Assembly: GCF_009914755.1 (NCBI RefSeq)
Contig: NC_060929.1
Reading direction: 5' to 3' (one strand)
DNA: 64,000 nt
From: the human T2T-CHM13v2.0 reference genome, Homo sapiens
Position numbers and translations under genes: made by a program. The notes under the pieces are model-generated. The model was not told the origin of the DNA, ran no database searches, and saw only the letters and a list, made by a program, of their open reading frames with translations. Numbering within the stretch: position 1 is the stretch's first letter; each line of letters begins with the position of its first letter. Shown here in pieces: positions 59,981-64,000 of the stretch.

Positions 59981-60935
59981 TCTATGGAGATCAAAGGCTA
60001 CTTTGGCAGCTTTAGTCTAATGACAAACTTATTATTTTCTTAAACAATGGGCAAAATTTTCTTCTGACTTTCAGATTCCTACAGTCTAAAGGGAAAGATA
60101 AAACTATTTTAGTATGATAGCTAAAATGCTTTTGCTCTTTTAAAATTCTCATTATAAAGTGTATTGTTTATTTTAACTTCTATATGACTGTTATTGGCTA
60201 CTTAAAAGTCTTTAAAGAAATTAATTGGGAAATAACAGTTGAACATGAATATGGGAGTACTTACTTCAAGACAATCCAGAAAAAAAAACAACAGAATATA
60301 AAATGTAATGTTTAACAAAAAACAAATGTCATTTTGTATTTAAAGAACAGTTTAAGGTATGTTTAAAACAACTACTTCTGAACTGAATGATACTACTTCT
60401 CACCCCCTCCATGGCAAAGGGGTCATCTAAATTAGTTGTAGTCAGCTGCACCAAGCTGAAGAGCCACTTTACACTGAACTGAATTTTGTATGGAAGCTGG
60501 AAAGAACCACAGACTTTACTACCACATTCTAATTGGCAGGAACCCTGCTTCTGATGCTAAACAGCATGTCAGGATTGCATACTGTATCAATTTCAGAAGT
60601 CCAAGTTACATTTGGGTTTATTGTTTATCCAGCCACAAGTAAGCTGCCTTCTGTAACTTACCCATTGGCTTACTGGGTTATGATTTTCTAATTAGAAATG
60701 GAGGACTTTGAGATGTTAAAAGTGGGGGCCCAATAATGAGTATTGCACTGCAGATACACAGACTGAATATCACTGTCCTAAAAAAAAAAAGGCTTTTAAA
60801 TTGAAATATCAAAATCATGATTAAAATCAAAAGGTAAACAAGCAAGATAGGATAAATTCAATCCATGGTGTTGGTACCAGTACTCTTCACGTGAAAAGGA
60901 CCTCGGCATAAGTGTTCAGAAATAACAAAGATCAA

Positions 60936-61148
60936 CCAGCTTGGCCAACATGGAGAAACCCCATCTCTACTAAAAATACAAAAATTAGCTGGACGTGGTA
61001 GCGGGTGCCTGTAATCCCAGCTACTCTGGAGGCTGAGACAAGAGAATTGCTTAAACCCCAGGGGGGCAGAGGTTGCAGTGAGCCAGGATCACACCACTGC
61101 ACTCCAGCCTGGGCAACAGAGCAAGACTCCGTCTCAAAAAATTAGCAA
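60936..61148 (+). mobile_element. 5'-truncated AluS with 16-bp TSD
   Basis: TSD aaataacaaa[g/a]atcaa at 60920-60935 and 61149-61164. Confidence 0.95.
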
Positions 61149-61224
61149 AAATAACAAAAATCAATAAGCTGAAAAATGTTATAAAATTTGACGTTGAATA
61201 ATTCATTAGACATGAAATTACAGA

Positions 61225-61398
61225 GTGCTTACATTTGTTGGGTACTCTTTTAATTGCTTTACATATATTAACTTGTTAAATTCTCAAGCAACCTATGAGA
61301 TACAGGACAAGACAAAGAGAAGTTAAGTACATGTAGAAGGTCACACAAATGACATTTAAATCCAGGCAGTCTGATTGTAATTCTATGCTCTTACCCTT
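61225..61398 (-). mobile_element. MIR
   Basis: agagaagttaagtac...aaggtcacac...aatccaggcagtctga...atgctcttacc. Confidence 0.75.
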
Positions 61399-61464
61399 AA
61401 AAGGATTCGTCAATTCCGGCTAAATGGTGTGCCTGAATAAAATGTGGCGCACGGTAGCATTTAT

Positions 61465-62330
61465 AATATTTATTCATTCAACAAATATTTATCGAACGCT
61501 TACGATTGGGCCAGGCACTATGCTAGGTATTTATGGTTATAATATTCCCCCACTTATTTTTGGGGTTTTACTTTTCATAGTTACCTTTGGTTAACTGTGG
61601 TCTGAAAATAGGTGAGTACAGTACAATAAGATAATGTATGTGTGAGAGAGAAAGACTACATTCTCATGACTCTTATTACAGTATATAGTTATAATTATTC
61701 TATTTTATTATTAGTTATTGTTAATCTTTTACAGTGCTTAATATACAAATTAAATTTTATCATAGGTATGCATAATAGGAAAAAACATAGTATATATAAG
61801 GGTCAGTGCTATCAGCAGTTTCAGGCATCCTTTGGAGGACTTGAAATATATCTCCCACAGATAAGGGGGAACTATACATAACAGTTTATGAAAGTCCTTG
61901 ACCCTTGTGAAGTCTGTATTCTAGTAGAGGTCTACAGACAATAAACAAAAAAGTAAAACAACTAGGTTGTCTAATAAAATATTTACATAGAAGCTATGAA
62001 GGGGACTGTAATTTCATAAGGTGGTCAAGGAAGGCCTCACTGATAAGGTGACATTTGAGTAAAGATTTGAAAGATGTGAGAGGATAAACCACGAGAAATG
62101 TTCTGGAAGCAGAACATTCCAGGTAAAGAAATCAGCAAGGACAAAGTCCCTGAGAAGAAAGTGAGCTTGGTATCTTCATGAACAAGGAGAGAGTTTTAAT
62201 GAAGCACAGTAAGCAAGAGGGAGATTGGAAGAGGAGAGGTGAGAGGGGTGTGGTAGGACAGATGATGTAAAGCCATTGTTAGGATTTTAGCTCTCGTTTT
62301 CAGATGGGAAGCTATTTGAGGAATTTGCAT
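61465..62330 (-). mobile_element. L2 interrupted by a MER44-like element
   Basis: attcattcaacaaatatttatcgaacg terminus; body resumes ~61880. Confidence 0.8.
61543..61876. mobile_element. MER44A-like (Tigger family) DNA element
   Basis: Inverted ends ttcccccacttat / ataagggggaacta; internal ggtctgaaaataggtgagtacagtacaataagata. Confidence 0.8.
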
Positions 62331-64000
62331 AGAAAATCAAACCTCAAAATGTTGAGAGAAGGGTTCTAGAAGAATCCTTGATAACTGGAAAGGTGAAGTT
62401 TTTACATTAACAGAAGAGGTAAAGAGTAATAATCAAAAATAGGAAGATCTTCAGTCAGTGATGCTAATGTGTCTGAAGAGTCAGGGTCCCCAGTAGGGGA
62501 AGGAAGAGGAAGAAAGTGAAAGGAGGCTAAAATTTTCACTGGCATTGTAGGTAGAAAGACTAGGGTTTGAGTGGACATCTGCTATGGAAGTCAGGTGACA
62601 GTGGAGGCCAAAGTAACAAAAGCAGGCAGGGAAATTCTCAGCAGCATCAGAGTAATACAATGAAATTCCTCATAGAAATACTATCAAGGAAAGACAGAGA
62701 AAGCCATTGGACACCTATGTCAATCAACTAGGGCAGCTTTGCTAACGAACACACTCTTAAATCTGGCAATCGAAAGCTGCCTGTTTAAAAACAAAAAAGT
62801 AATGAATAGCAATGAAAAGAAAAAAATTTCAATTTTAGAATAATTATTAGCACAAGGTCACATGGACAGGAACAATTACCCATTGTTTACATAAATTCTC
62901 ATGGTAGCAATAATGTAATGCATATGGCTTTGAAGATGGGTAAAATTATTACTTTAATACAGTAAAACAGGTAAATCATGAATGATGTAGACTGCTTGTG
63001 CCAGTATATTTGAAGTAAAGTAAAATTCAGTGTTCAAATGGAGAAACCATTGAAGTGTCCAGTAATGATGCATTTAAATAAGGTGATTTGGCTGCAACTG
63101 CATTCATCTGTAAATAATTTACACACAGATCGAGTTAGGAACTTCCGAAAAAATAGTACTCGTTCTAAAAACATCCAATTGGATAATTTCACTTATAAGG
63201 GTAAAGAGTACTGATTTTAAAAGGTTCTCAGAGTCTGTTTTGTGAAGAGATCCCTTAAAGTATAATGGTGGCGGAGCACAGGGAAGAGCTCACATGCAGC
63301 CGCAGGAGAGCTAGGGAAAAAGGGTGACAGCTCTGCTAAGCCGCCACTTAGAAAAGAGTTGGATAAGAGCAGTCTCTTCAGAGTCTGACACCTTTCATTT
63401 TACGGAAAACCTTCACCTAGTCTGTCTATCTCTTACCAGTGAACTTCTTCAAATGTAAAGGTGTTTGTAAAAGGACATAAAAATCAATCATTTGTATAAT
63501 ATAATTTCAGATCTGTGCCTTTCATATATATACTTTTACCACTTATTTTTTCCATCTGTGAAATGTGCTGACACCTACTTTAACAAACTGATACAATTGA
63601 GAAGAGAGAGTGTGGGCTGCTAATAAGAAGCTCTCAGTCAAAACATAGTCAAAAACAGAGAACAGATTGATAATGAATACTTAATTCTTTTTAGGAGTGT
63701 TTTTGGTCCTACAGGATTCAGAATTATAAAAGCTGTAATTCCCTTTGGCTGCAAATTGTAGGAATGTTGCTTGCTTGTTACATTTCGAGTTCCAAGTTGA
63801 ATCAGTTGCTTTCTTGAACAGTTGAAAAGCTGTCATTTAAGCATTTCAGGTATTTCATTTTCCTGTTACAATCCTGGGTTAGATTTCCTGTTACTTAGCT
63901 CTCACCTCTTCATCTATTACAGTTTTCTCCCTCATTTAATTGGAGTATATCCTCAAAGATCTTCCACAGAAAAGGCATACTGGAGATACAATTTCAGAGT

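Overview
AT-rich, CpG-poor primate (human-like) genomic DNA dominated by interspersed repeats (L1, L2, MIR, Alu, MaLR/ERV1 solo LTRs, Tigger-family elements). It looks like the interior of a long intron, probably transcribed on the + strand (inference); I cannot name a host gene. Clear items are a full-length HMGN2 processed pseudogene (- strand, TSD, open frame with stop-loss), a U6 snRNA pseudogene abutting an Alu, a near full-length deleted L1PB1, and a young 5'-inverted (twin-primed) L1PA with TSD. I see no CRISPR array, operon or convincing new multi-gene system. The most unusual signals are small: a 24-nt polyadenylated retro-insert ending in ACAnnn inside an LTR, a ~220-bp local copy pasted into an MLT1 LTR, a splice-site-like CAG|GTAATA held in a perfect hairpin, strand-biased loss of LTR poly(A) signals, and a candidate 36-nt exon. 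Repeat subfamily calls come from recalled consensus sequences, and old-repeat boundaries are approximate.
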